From NCBI GenBank assembly GCA_021776095.1, contig JAJFGO010000098.1:23094-87093 (forward strand): a DNA stretch of 64,000 nt, written 5' to 3'. The DNA is from Kiloniellaceae bacterium (lineage in GTDB: Bacteria > Pseudomonadota > Alphaproteobacteria > Kiloniellales > J153). A program made the position numbers and the translations under genes. Shown piece by piece: positions 19,290 to 28,253 of the stretch (position 1 is the first letter of the stretch; each line of letters begins with the position of its first letter). Below the pieces are notes generated by a model, which ran no database searches, had not been told where the DNA came from, and saw only the letters and a program-made list of their open reading frames with translations.

Positions 19290-20332
19290 TGGCGGACCAG
19301 GAGCCCAAGGAAACCGGCGCCCAGCCACCGGCCAGGACGCGCTCGCTGACTTATTGGGTGCAGCTCGGCTTTGTCCGACTTGGCGTCTTGCCGTTCCTGC
19401 TGCTGATCGCCCTGGTGGTCTTCACCTTGCTGTCCGATCATTTCCTGACCGGCCGCAACCTGATGAATGTCGTGCGTCAGTCGGCTTATCTGACCTTGGT
19501 GTCCATGGGGCAGATGTTCGCCCTGCTGACTGGCGGCTTCGATCTTTCGGTTGGCACCATCCTGGCGCTGACCTCCGTGGTCGGCGCGACGGCCATGGCT
19601 GGAACCTATGCTGCCATGCCAGATTCCGCCGGTCTGGCGATCTTGATCGGCGTCCTGGCGGGCATCGCCGCCGGCACCGCGATTGGGGTGGTCAACGGGG
19701 TCGGCGTGTCCATCTTCAACGTCTCGCCCTTCATGATGAGCCTGGGCATGGCCTCTATCGGCTTCGGGATCGCCCTCTACATGACCGGCGGTACGCCGGT
19801 TTACGGCATGCCGGTGGAATTCGGCGACACCTTCGGGTTCGGTAACACCCTGGGATTGCCGACGCCGGTGCTGGTGACCCTGGTTCTGATCGCGGCGCTG
19901 TTCTTCGTGGTCAATTGGACCCGGCTGGGCCGCTACTTCTATGCGGTGGGCGGGAACATCAAGGCGGCGCGGCTTTCGGGCATCAATACCAAGCTCACAC
20001 TATTTCTGGCCTACGTGTTTTGCGGGCTCATGGCGTCGATTTCGGGAATTCTGTTGACCGCCCGGCTCGATACCGGGGAGGCCAACATCGGAGCGACCAT
20101 GCCGCTCGAATCCATCGCCGCTTGCGTTATCGCGGGCGTCAGCCTGCGCGGCGGCGTCGGCCGGTTGGAGAACGTGGTTCTCGGCGCCCTGTTCATTGGC
20201 TTGGTGCAAAACGGCATGAACCTGGCGCGTATCGAGTCCTATCTGCAAACGGTCGTGATTGGGTCACTTCTGATCCTGGCGGTGGTAGCGGATCAATTCC
20301 GTCTGCGCTATGTCGCGAATCTTCAGGACTGA
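19286..20332 (+). CDS. Sugar ABC transporter permease (RbsC/AraH-like)
   Basis: Polytopic protein. The ATG at 19286 forms an ATGA overlap with the ATPase stop. The ORF-track start at 19118 lies inside the ATPase gene and is rejected. Confidence 0.9.
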   Translation: MMADQEPKETGAQPPARTRSLTYWVQLGFVRLGVLPFLLLIALVVFTLLSDHFLTGRNLMNVVRQSAYLTLVSMGQMFALLTGGFDLSVGTILALTSVVGATAMAGTYAAMPDSAGLAILIGVLAGIAAGTAIGVVNGVGVSIFNVSPFMMSLGMASIGFGIALYMTGGTPVYGMPVEFGDTFGFGNTLGLPTPVLVTLVLIAALFFVVNWTRLGRYFYAVGGNIKAARLSGINTKLTLFLAYVFCGLMASISGILLTARLDTGEANIGATMPLESIAACVIAGVSLRGGVGRLENVVLGALFIGLVQNGMNLARIESYLQTVVIGSLLILAVVADQFRLRYVANLQD

Positions 20333-20336
20333 AGCC

Positions 20337-21332
20337 ATGCTGCGTGCCGCATCTATAGGATTGGGTTGGTGGTCGGACGAACTGGCCGGCGCGGTTCAAG
20401 GAAAGACTGACCTCCTGCGGATTGATTCGTGCTATTCCCGGTCGCAAGACAAACGAAACGCCTTCGCGGTGAAATTCGGAACCGGGCAGCACGAGACCTT
20501 TGAAGACCTCCTGGCGGACCCGGCGCTCGACGCGGTCATCCTGTCCACACCCCATTCCCTGCACGGCGAACACGTCACCCGCGCGGCCCAAGCGGGCAAG
20601 CATGTCTTCGTGGAGAAACCCTTCACCCTAACCGCCGAGAGCGGCCGGCGCGCTGCCATGGCCTGCACGGCCGCCGGGGTGGTCCTCGCGGTTGGGCAGA
20701 ACCGACGCTTCTCCGCCGTCGGGCAGATCCTCAAGACCATGCTGGAGGCCGGCGATTTCGGCACAGTCCTGCACCTGGAATCGAACTTTTCGGTGCCCAG
20801 CGCCCTAGCCTATACGGCGGATCGCTGGCGCGCGAACCGGATCGAGAGTCCGGCCGGCGGGCTCGCCGGCCTGGGGGTCCATATGATCGACCTCATGTGC
20901 TGGCTGGCCGGGCCGGTTGTCAGCGTCTCGGCACAGGCGAAGCGGCGCGCGGTGTCGGTCGATATGGACGACACCACCTCGGCACTGTTCGAGTTCGCTT
21001 CGGGCCCGACCGGGTACCTGGGCACGTCCATGGCCTGCCCCAACACTTCGTTCCTGAACCTCTACGGGACCAAGGCCAACGCCTTTGCCAGAGTCGACGC
21101 CAACGAACTTGAACTGGAGGTCGCGGGTGGCCAAGCGCCGGCGCGCGAGGTCGCGCCAGTCGATACCTTGAAGGCGGAGCTGGAGGAGTTCGCGGCGGCC
21201 TGCACGGGCGGCCCCGCATTCCGGGTGCGCCCGGAGGAAGCCATACACAACGTCGCGGTCATGGAGGCGATCACCGCTTCGGCGGCCACGGGTATGGCCC
21301 CGGTCGTGCTGGATGCGGCGGCAGGGAATTGA
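20337..21332 (+). CDS. Gfo/Idh/MocA-family NAD(P)-dependent oxidoreductase
   Basis: N-terminal Rossmann segment (MLRAASIGLGWWS...), DAVILSTPHSLH and GKHVFVEKPF motifs, and a C-terminal alpha/beta domain. Confidence 0.88.
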   Translation: MLRAASIGLGWWSDELAGAVQGKTDLLRIDSCYSRSQDKRNAFAVKFGTGQHETFEDLLADPALDAVILSTPHSLHGEHVTRAAQAGKHVFVEKPFTLTAESGRRAAMACTAAGVVLAVGQNRRFSAVGQILKTMLEAGDFGTVLHLESNFSVPSALAYTADRWRANRIESPAGGLAGLGVHMIDLMCWLAGPVVSVSAQAKRRAVSVDMDDTTSALFEFASGPTGYLGTSMACPNTSFLNLYGTKANAFARVDANELELEVAGGQAPAREVAPVDTLKAELEEFAAACTGGPAFRVRPEEAIHNVAVMEAITASAATGMAPVVLDAAAGN

Positions 21333-21362
21333 ACACGGCGGCACAAACTGGAGGACCGTAAG

Positions 21363-22097
21363 ATGGGGACTGCGATCAACTGCGATATGGGGGAAAGCTT
21401 CGGCCTCTATAAGATGGGCGAGGACGAGATGATGATGCCGCTCATCTCGGTCGCCAACGTGGCCTGCGGCTTTCACGGTTCAGACCCGAACCACATGCGC
21501 GCGACGGTGCAGCTTGCCAAGGCGCATGGCGTTCGGGTTGGCGCCCATCCTTCGCTGCCTGATCTGCAAGGCTTCGGCCGACGGGAAATGAAGGTCGGCC
21601 GGGACGAATTGGCTAATATCGTGATCTATCAGGTCGGCGCGTTGGTTGGCTTCCTGAAGGCCGAGGGGATGGAACTCAATCACATCAAGCCGCATGGCTC
21701 GCTATATGGCATGGCCGCGCGCGACGAGAAAATCGCCCACGCCATTTGCGATGCGGCCGATATCTACCGCGTGCCGCTGTTCGGCATGAAGAACACCCTG
21801 CACGAGAAAATCTACAAGGAACGAGGCCATGATTTCGTGGCCGAATTTTACGCCGATCTGCACTATCGCGACGATGGCGGCCTGATCATCACACGGGTGC
21901 ACGATCCGGTCGATCCGGTGGATGCCGCGGCGCGCTCCCTAAGGGCAATCGAGGAGGGCAAGACCGAATCGGTCGGCGGCGTCGATGTCGAGGTCGGCTC
22001 GGACTGCATTTGTGTGCACTCCGATACGCCTAATGCCATTGAGGTGGCGCGCGCCGTGCGCGAGGCGGTAAAGCCATACTTGGAAAAGGCTGCCTAG
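21363..22097 (+). CDS. LamB/YcsF family protein (5-oxoprolinase subunit A, PxpA-like)
   Basis: 244 aa. N-terminal INCDMGESFG and ACGFHGSDP motifs characteristic of LamB/YcsF. Confidence 0.9.
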   Translation: MGTAINCDMGESFGLYKMGEDEMMMPLISVANVACGFHGSDPNHMRATVQLAKAHGVRVGAHPSLPDLQGFGRREMKVGRDELANIVIYQVGALVGFLKAEGMELNHIKPHGSLYGMAARDEKIAHAICDAADIYRVPLFGMKNTLHEKIYKERGHDFVAEFYADLHYRDDGGLIITRVHDPVDPVDAAARSLRAIEEGKTESVGGVDVEVGSDCICVHSDTPNAIEVARAVREAVKPYLEKAA

Positions 22098-22143
22098 GGC
22101 GCGGGCACACTGCAACACCACACAGACGAAGAAGGGGAAATCC

Positions 22144-22386
22144 ATGGCGAGTAAACAGGTTCTATCGCCCTTGCCGGGTGTTTTTTACCGCAAGCCGGCG
22201 CCGGACCAGCCGGTGTACAAGGAAAAGGGCGATACCGTGGCTGTCGGGGATGTGGTCGGGTTGGTCGAGGTGATGAAGTCATTCCATGAGGTGAAGGCCG
22301 ATAGCGCCGGCACGATCTCGAAATTCCTGGTCGAGAACGAGGATGCCATCATGGCCGGTCAGCCCTTGCTCGAACTGGACGGCTGA
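22144..22386 (+). CDS. Small biotin carboxyl carrier protein (biotinyl domain only)
   Basis: 80 aa with a biotinyl/lipoyl hammerhead pattern. LVEVMKSFHEV is a variant of the (A/V)MKM biotinylation motif, with Lys45. Confidence 0.85.
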   Translation: MASKQVLSPLPGVFYRKPAPDQPVYKEKGDTVAVGDVVGLVEVMKSFHEVKADSAGTISKFLVENEDAIMAGQPLLELDG

Positions 22387-22406
22387 ACCGGGTCCGGGAC
22401 GGGGTC

Positions 22407-23795
22407 ATGGCCATTCAACGCTTGCTCATCGCCAATCGGGGCGAAATCGCGGTGCGCATTATCCGTGCGGCGCGCGAATTGGGCTTGCATAGCATTCAAG
22501 TTCACAGCCAGGCCGATCGCGACTCCCTGGCGGTTCGCCTGGCGGACGAAGCTATCGATATCGGTCCGCCCCAGGCTGCCAAGTCCTATTTGAAGATCGA
22601 AGCGATTCTAGACGCCGCCCAACGGACGAGGGCGGATGCGGTCCATCCGGGATACGGTTTCCTGGCCGAGAACGCCGATTTCGCCGATGCGGTGGAGGCG
22701 GCGGGGCTAGCTTTCGTCGGACCCACGGGCGCGACGATCCGGCTTTTGGGCGACAAGGTTTCGGCCCGCGAGGCGGCGGCCAAGGCCGGTCTGAAGACCG
22801 TGCCCGGCAGCCAGGGCCGCATCGAACCCGGTGAGGCGGCGGGCGCTCTGGCGGAGGAGATCGGCTTTCCCCTTCTGATCAAGGCCGCGGCCGGCGGCGG
22901 CGGGCGGGGCATACGGATTGCTCACGACCTGGCGGAGTTCGAGCGCTTTGTGCCTCAGGCCAGCGCCGAGGCGCGGGCGGCATTTGGCGACGGGGGCTTG
23001 TATATCGAGAAGCTGATCGCGCGCGCGCGCCATATCGAGGTTCAGGTCCTGGGCGATGGGGAGCGTGTGGTGCATTGTTTTGAGCGCGAATGTTCCCTGC
23101 AACGGCGGCGACAGAAGGTTTGGGAGGAGGCTCCCGCGGCAACCTTATCGGATACCACGCGGCAGTCCCTGTGCGAGTCCGCGGTTGCCCTGGCCAAATC
23201 CGTCAACTACCGGGGCGCCGGCACGCTGGAGTTTCTCTATGACGAAGCAACCGGAAAGTCTTATTTTCTGGAGATGAATACCCGCATTCAGGTCGAGCAC
23301 CCGGTGACCGAAATGATCACCGGCATCGATTTGGTGCGTGAGATGATTCGGATCGCGGACGGCGAGCCGCTTCGCCTACGTCAGGAAGATATCCGGGTGC
23401 GCGGCCATGCTATCGAGTGCCGGATCAATGCGGAGGATCCATTGAACGGCTTCGCGCCGGATCCGGGCCAGGTCGAGGCCTTGAACATGCCGGGGGGACC
23501 GGGCGTGCGCTTCGATACGCTGCTTTATCCGGGTTACGCCATTCCGCCCTTTTACGATTCGCTTCTGGGCAAACTGATTGTGCACGACCAGGATCGCGCC
23601 AGCGCGCTAAGCCGATTGAGAAGGGCCTTACGGGAATTTAGGATCGAAGGCGTGAAGACCACGGCGCCCTTACACCGGGCGCTGGCCGAGGACGCGGCCG
23701 TCAGGGCGGGCGAAGTTCATACGAGTTTTCTGGAGCAATGGCTTGAGCGCGAAGCGCCGCGTTTAGCGCAATACGGGGAGGTGGACCACCCATGA
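22407..23795 (+). CDS. Biotin carboxylase (AccC-type ATP-grasp)
   Basis: 462 aa. Motifs LIANRGEIAVRI, HPGYGFLAEN, KAAAGGGGRGIR and EMNTRIQVEHPVTE. Confidence 0.93.
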   Translation: MAIQRLLIANRGEIAVRIIRAARELGLHSIQVHSQADRDSLAVRLADEAIDIGPPQAAKSYLKIEAILDAAQRTRADAVHPGYGFLAENADFADAVEAAGLAFVGPTGATIRLLGDKVSAREAAAKAGLKTVPGSQGRIEPGEAAGALAEEIGFPLLIKAAAGGGGRGIRIAHDLAEFERFVPQASAEARAAFGDGGLYIEKLIARARHIEVQVLGDGERVVHCFERECSLQRRRQKVWEEAPAATLSDTTRQSLCESAVALAKSVNYRGAGTLEFLYDEATGKSYFLEMNTRIQVEHPVTEMITGIDLVREMIRIADGEPLRLRQEDIRVRGHAIECRINAEDPLNGFAPDPGQVEALNMPGGPGVRFDTLLYPGYAIPPFYDSLLGKLIVHDQDRASALSRLRRALREFRIEGVKTTAPLHRALAEDAAVRAGEVHTSFLEQWLEREAPRLAQYGEVDHP

Positions 23796-24667
23796 AGACG
23801 AGATACTCCTTTGGCGGCGACGAGCATATTTTCGTCGAAGTCGACGAAGAAATGTCGCTGGACGCCTTTTTCAAGAGCCTGTCCATAACCAACGCGGTGC
23901 GGGAGAGCCAGATCAAGGGCGTGACCGAAATCTGCCCCGCGAACGCCTCGTACCAGATCAAGTACGACCCCGACGTCATCGCGCCCGACGATCTGTTGGC
24001 GGAACTGAAAAGCCTGGAAGCCGCCGCCGAAAAGTCGGAATCGATCATCGATACGCGGATTATCGAGGTTCCGGTTTTCTACAACGACCCTTGGACCCAC
24101 GAAACCCTGATGCGGTTTCGCGAGCGTCACCAGGATCCGGATAGTACCGATCTCGAATACGCCGCGCGGATTAACAAATTCACGTCGGTCGATGAGTTCA
24201 TCGCGGCCCATTCCGGCGCGCCCTGGTTCGTGACCATGGTTGGTTTCGTTTCGGGCCTGCCGTTCATGTACCAAATGGCCGAACGCACCCACCAGATCGA
24301 GGTGCCGAAATACCTGCGCCCACGGACCGACACCCCCAAACTGACCGTTGGCTACGGCGGGTGTTTTGCGTGCATCTATTCCGTGCGCGGCGCGGGGGGC
24401 TATCAGATGTTCGGCATCACGCCCATGCCGATCTTCGATCCCAAGCAGGAGATTAGTTACCTGCGCGACTTCATGGTGTTTTTCCGGCCGGGTGACATCG
24501 TCAAGTTTAAGCCGATCGACCGGCCCGCCTACGATGCGGCCGTTGCCGATGTGGAGGCGGACAAGTTCGCTCCGCGGATCCGGGAATTCACGTTCTCCTT
24601 GAAAGAGCACCATAGCGATATCGACGGCTACAACAAAAAGATCGGGGAGGTTCTCCATGGGAATTAG
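23792..24667 (+). CDS. KipI/PxpB-like protein (carboxyltransferase subdomains C-D; formerly allophanate hydrolase subunit 1)
   Basis: 291 aa. ATGA overlap with the biotin carboxylase stop. Family pattern ...EIPVFYNDPW...GFVSGLPFMY...PRTDTPKLTVGYGG... Read by eye only. Confidence 0.85.
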   Translation: MKTRYSFGGDEHIFVEVDEEMSLDAFFKSLSITNAVRESQIKGVTEICPANASYQIKYDPDVIAPDDLLAELKSLEAAAEKSESIIDTRIIEVPVFYNDPWTHETLMRFRERHQDPDSTDLEYAARINKFTSVDEFIAAHSGAPWFVTMVGFVSGLPFMYQMAERTHQIEVPKYLRPRTDTPKLTVGYGGCFACIYSVRGAGGYQMFGITPMPIFDPKQEISYLRDFMVFFRPGDIVKFKPIDRPAYDAAVADVEADKFAPRIREFTFSLKEHHSDIDGYNKKIGEVLHGN

Positions 24668-25631
24668 GGTTTTATCGCCGGGCTTAGCGACCTCCGTTCA
24701 AGACCTGGGCCGCCCGGGCTATTATCACCTGGGGATTCCGATCTCGGGTGGCATGGACCGTTTTTCGCTAAGAGCCGCCAATCTCCTGGTCGGTAACGAC
24801 GAGGGCGCCGCGGTTCTCGAGGCCGTGTTCTTGGGACCGGAACTGGAGTTCACCCAGGACGCCACGGTCGCGGTTACCGGGGCCGATCTGCCGCCCAAGT
24901 TGGACGGCGAACCGCGCGAAACCTGGGCGGCCTTCGCGGTCAAGGCAGGGCAGGTGCTCAGCTTCGATTTCCTCAAGTCCGGCGCGCGAGCCTATATCGC
25001 CATATCGGGCGGGATCGATACGCCGCCAGCGCTCGGCAGCCGCTCGACCTACACCTTGGGTGCGCTGGGTGGTCATGAGGGCCGCAACCTCATGGCCGGC
25101 GACGCCTTGCCGCTCGGTCAAGCTTCCGGCGGTGCCGCCGAGGGGCGTAGCGTGCCCGCGAAGCTGCGCCGCGCGCCCGGCACGCCGGCGGAACTGCGCG
25201 TGTTGACCGGGCTCTATTGGCATCGGATCACAGAGGACTCGGGGCGCAACTTTTTCGAGGATACATGGAAGGTCGCGCCGGAGGCGGACCGCATCGGCTA
25301 TCGTTTTCGCGGCGGTCAACCCCTGTCGTTCGTCGACCGGGTGCCGCCCTTCGGGGCCGGCTCGGACCCCTCGAACATTGTCGATAGCTGCTATCCCTAT
25401 GGCTCGATTCAGGTGCCGGGGGGAACCGAACCGATCATCTTGCATCGCGATGCGGTGTCGGGCGGGGGCTATTTCATGCTCGGCACTGTGATCGCGGCGG
25501 ATATGGATCTGATTGGCCAGTTGCAGCCCAACACGCCGACCAAGTTCGTTTCCGTCGATATGGCGGCGGCGTTGTCGGCCCGGCACGATCGTGCCGGTTT
25601 GATGCAAGAGGTACGAAACGCGCTGAGTTGA
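24657..25631 (+). CDS. KipA/PxpC-like protein (carboxyltransferase subdomains A-B; formerly allophanate hydrolase subunit 2)
   Basis: 324 aa. N-terminal VLSPGLATSVQDLGRPGYYHLGIPISGGMD is typical of the family. Overlaps the upstream gene by 11 nt. Confidence 0.87.
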   Translation: MGIRVLSPGLATSVQDLGRPGYYHLGIPISGGMDRFSLRAANLLVGNDEGAAVLEAVFLGPELEFTQDATVAVTGADLPPKLDGEPRETWAAFAVKAGQVLSFDFLKSGARAYIAISGGIDTPPALGSRSTYTLGALGGHEGRNLMAGDALPLGQASGGAAEGRSVPAKLRRAPGTPAELRVLTGLYWHRITEDSGRNFFEDTWKVAPEADRIGYRFRGGQPLSFVDRVPPFGAGSDPSNIVDSCYPYGSIQVPGGTEPIILHRDAVSGGGYFMLGTVIAADMDLIGQLQPNTPTKFVSVDMAAALSARHDRAGLMQEVRNALS

Positions 25632-25919
25632 GCCCGTCTTTGTCGGGTACGGATCGCGAGCTAGGCTTATCCAGAAGCTCCGGCCAATTATCGGCCGTGT
25701 GACACCCGCTATGCGGGTATCGACGCCGGCGCCTTAGGCCCGGCGGGTTGAACTCGGGCGCGAGAGAACACGCTCAGATAGTTAATAAGGTATTGTTAAT
25801 TCATATACTTTAGATTTGAGGGAAGACTAATACGTCTCACGCGGAGTTAGGGCACGGTCAATTGCGGAGCACTGCCAGGCCCAACCGCTGAGAGAGAAAA
25901 TGCGTTCCGCCTCCAAATA

Positions 25920-28175
25920 ATGACCGGCTGCGACGTGGCATCAAGAGATCACTCGAAGGTCATAAAGGCCGGTAGCAGTCGAATCGCGGAGCGACGTGAT
26001 TCACCAGCCGTAGACCAGGGATCCACCAACCCGGCGGCCAGCCGGCCGGACGACCTTGGTTTGTCGGCGCAGGAGATCGAGCGGCTGAAGAGCCGCTTTC
26101 TTGGTCCGGCGTCCGAGAGAACGCGGACAGACGATCCCTGGCTTCAAACGACCCCTCGGAACCTCGTCACACGGCTTCTCGAGGGTCAGACTGAACTTCT
26201 TAGGCTCAGCAACAAGGGGGGGGGCCGTGAGACACTCCTTGAGCACCTGGCTGACCTGGCGGCGCGCCTTCTGGGGCCAGCCGATTGTTTCATTGAAGTC
26301 ATCGATACCGGTGGCATTGCGCAGTGCCAAGCGATGGCACCGAATACCACTAGGGCCGCGACAGGCGGAACTGATAGTCGGGACAGAGGTCCAGGTGCGG
26401 ATGGATCCGTCGAGCTCGCCGGAGAGGACGGGATTCTCACGTGTTGGTCGCACGGCATTCTGTCATCGGAAGGCAGGCCCCAAGGCACCATAAGGGTCTA
26501 TCGTCGCAAGCCGGGGGAGCCGGAACCGGACGACCAGTGGGTCCTAGATGCCGTGGCCGAGATGGCGCAGTTCGTAATCCAATCCTCGTCGCGCGAGGCG
26601 GCGCTGAATTCGGCGCAGATGCGCTTCGCCTCATTGGCTGAATCTATACCAGGGGTCGTGTACCAACGACGGGTCACACCTGAGGGGGATATCTCTTACC
26701 CCTACATTAGCGAAAGTGCGCAGGACATGTTCGGCGTTACCGCCGAAGAGATCATGACCAATCCACAGGCGCTGTTCGATTGTTTTGGGCCAGAGTATCG
26801 GACAACTTTCCGCGAGCGCCTTCTTTCCGCTTCCCGAAACCTGGAAATGTGGGACGTCGAAGCTCAGATCATCACGGCGAATGGCGAAGAAAAATGGAAC
26901 CATGCCATTGCCCGGCCGCACATGGAAAGCGATGGTTCTGTCCTCTGGGACGGCGTCATCCTTGACGCAACGCGTATAAAACGAGCTGAGTTGGAGCTGC
27001 GCAAGACCAAAGAGGCCGCCGAGGCTGCCAACCGAGTTCAGGCCGAGCTGCTCGAAAAGTTGCGCAGCGCCAATACACGCTTTGCCTCTCTGGCGGCGTC
27101 CATACCCGGGGTCGTGTATCAGCGTCGTGTCACCCTCGAGGGGGATATCGGATATACCTACATCAGCGACGGCGCGCGGGACCTTTTCGGCGCGACGGCC
27201 GAGGAGATCATGGCGAATCCACAGGCGCTGTTCGATCGTCATGGACCGGAATATCGGGATGACTTCCGGGAGCGTCTTCTTACCGCATCTCGCAATCTGG
27301 AAATGTGGGATGTCGAGGCTCAGATCATCACGGCGAATGGCGAGGAGAAATGGACCCACGCGATTGCCCGGCCGCACTTGGAGAGCGACGGTTCTGTCCT
27401 CTGGGACGGGGTCATCCTCGATGCCACGCGCATCAAGCGGGCCGAGTTCGAATTACGCCAAGCCATGGACGCGGCCAACGCTGCGAACCGGGCCAAGTCG
27501 CTCTTCCTCGCCCAAGTCAGTCACGAACTTCGCACGCCCCTTAATGCCGTGATCGGCTTTGCAGGGATGCTCGTGCAGCAGTTTCTTGGCCCGCTGGGAA
27601 ACGACAAGTACGAGGAGTATGCGTGCGACATTGAGAAAAGCGGCCGGCAACTTCTAGATGTGATCAACAATATTCTAGAATTTACAAAAGTTGAGAGCGG
27701 TAGCGTCTCCGGCCAGAAAAGCGCCGTCGACCTGAGGGCGATTTCCGACAAAGCCATCGTTCATTCCGAGGCTATTTCGAAATCGAAAAACATAAGAGTG
27801 CACAACAATATCGGACCCGAAATCTGCCCGGTCATGGGGGACGAAGAAAAGCTTGAATATATTCTTCAAAACCTGGTCTCGAACGCTGTGAAGTTCACCA
27901 ACGATGGCGGCGAGGTACGCATAGAGGGTCGTCAAAATGGAGGTCGAACCGTCGTTATCGATGTTGTCGACACCGGTATCGGAATAGCGGCGGAGGACAT
28001 CCCGAAGGTTTTCGAGCCCTTTACTCAGATCGATTGCGAATTGAGCCGGAAGTACGAAGGGCTCGGTTTGGGGATGCCCTTGGCGGCCGCGATGGCCGAG
28101 ATGCATGGCGGTTCGATTAAGATCGACAGCGAACTCGGGCAGGGCACGAAGGTTAGTCTCTCGCTTCCGAAATAG
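25920..28175 (+). CDS. Cytoplasmic sensor histidine kinase: GAF-like N-domain, two near-identical PAS domains, HisKA, HATPase_c
   Basis: 751 aa with no TM helices. H-box [19 protein letters not shown] and G-boxes DTGIGI and GLGLGMPLA. PAS units start at aa 235 and aa 387. Confidence 0.9.
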   Translation: MTGCDVASRDHSKVIKAGSSRIAERRDSPAVDQGSTNPAASRPDDLGLSAQEIERLKSRFLGPASERTRTDDPWLQTTPRNLVTRLLEGQTELLRLSNKGGGRETLLEHLADLAARLLGPADCFIEVIDTGGIAQCQAMAPNTTRAATGGTDSRDRGPGADGSVELAGEDGILTCWSHGILSSEGRPQGTIRVYRRKPGEPEPDDQWVLDAVAEMAQFVIQSSSREAALNSAQMRFASLAESIPGVVYQRRVTPEGDISYPYISESAQDMFGVTAEEIMTNPQALFDCFGPEYRTTFRERLLSASRNLEMWDVEAQIITANGEEKWNHAIARPHMESDGSVLWDGVILDATRIKRAELELRKTKEAAEAANRVQAELLEKLRSANTRFASLAASIPGVVYQRRVTLEGDIGYTYISDGARDLFGATAEEIMANPQALFDRHGPEYRDDFRERLLTASRNLEMWDVEAQIITANGEEKWTHAIARPHLESDGSVLWDGVILDATRIKRAEFELRQAMDAANAANRAKSLFLAQVSHELRTPLNAVIGFAGMLVQQFLGPLGNDKYEEYACDIEKSGRQLLDVINNILEFTKVESGSVSGQKSAVDLRAISDKAIVHSEAISKSKNIRVHNNIGPEICPVMGDEEKLEYILQNLVSNAVKFTNDGGEVRIEGRQNGGRTVVIDVVDTGIGIAAEDIPKVFEPFTQIDCELSRKYEGLGLGMPLAAAMAEMHGGSIKIDSELGQGTKVSLSLPK
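26622..27490 (+). repeat. Intragenic tandem duplication (456-bp period) of a PAS module plus the start of the DHp helix
   Basis: Unit 1 begins RFASLAESIPGVVYQRRVTPEGDISY and unit 2 begins RFASLAASIPGVVYQRRVTLEGDIGY. Long identical stretches include RNLEMWDVEAQIITANGEEKW and ESDGSVLWDGVILDATRIKRAE. Both units end in ...AANR. Confidence 0.88.
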
Positions 28176-28253
28176 GGCACCATGACCTGACGGACCCATA
28201 TCTACTAGTATGATGGGCTTGAGGGCCCAAGGACCTTCAGCCGATCAAATCTA

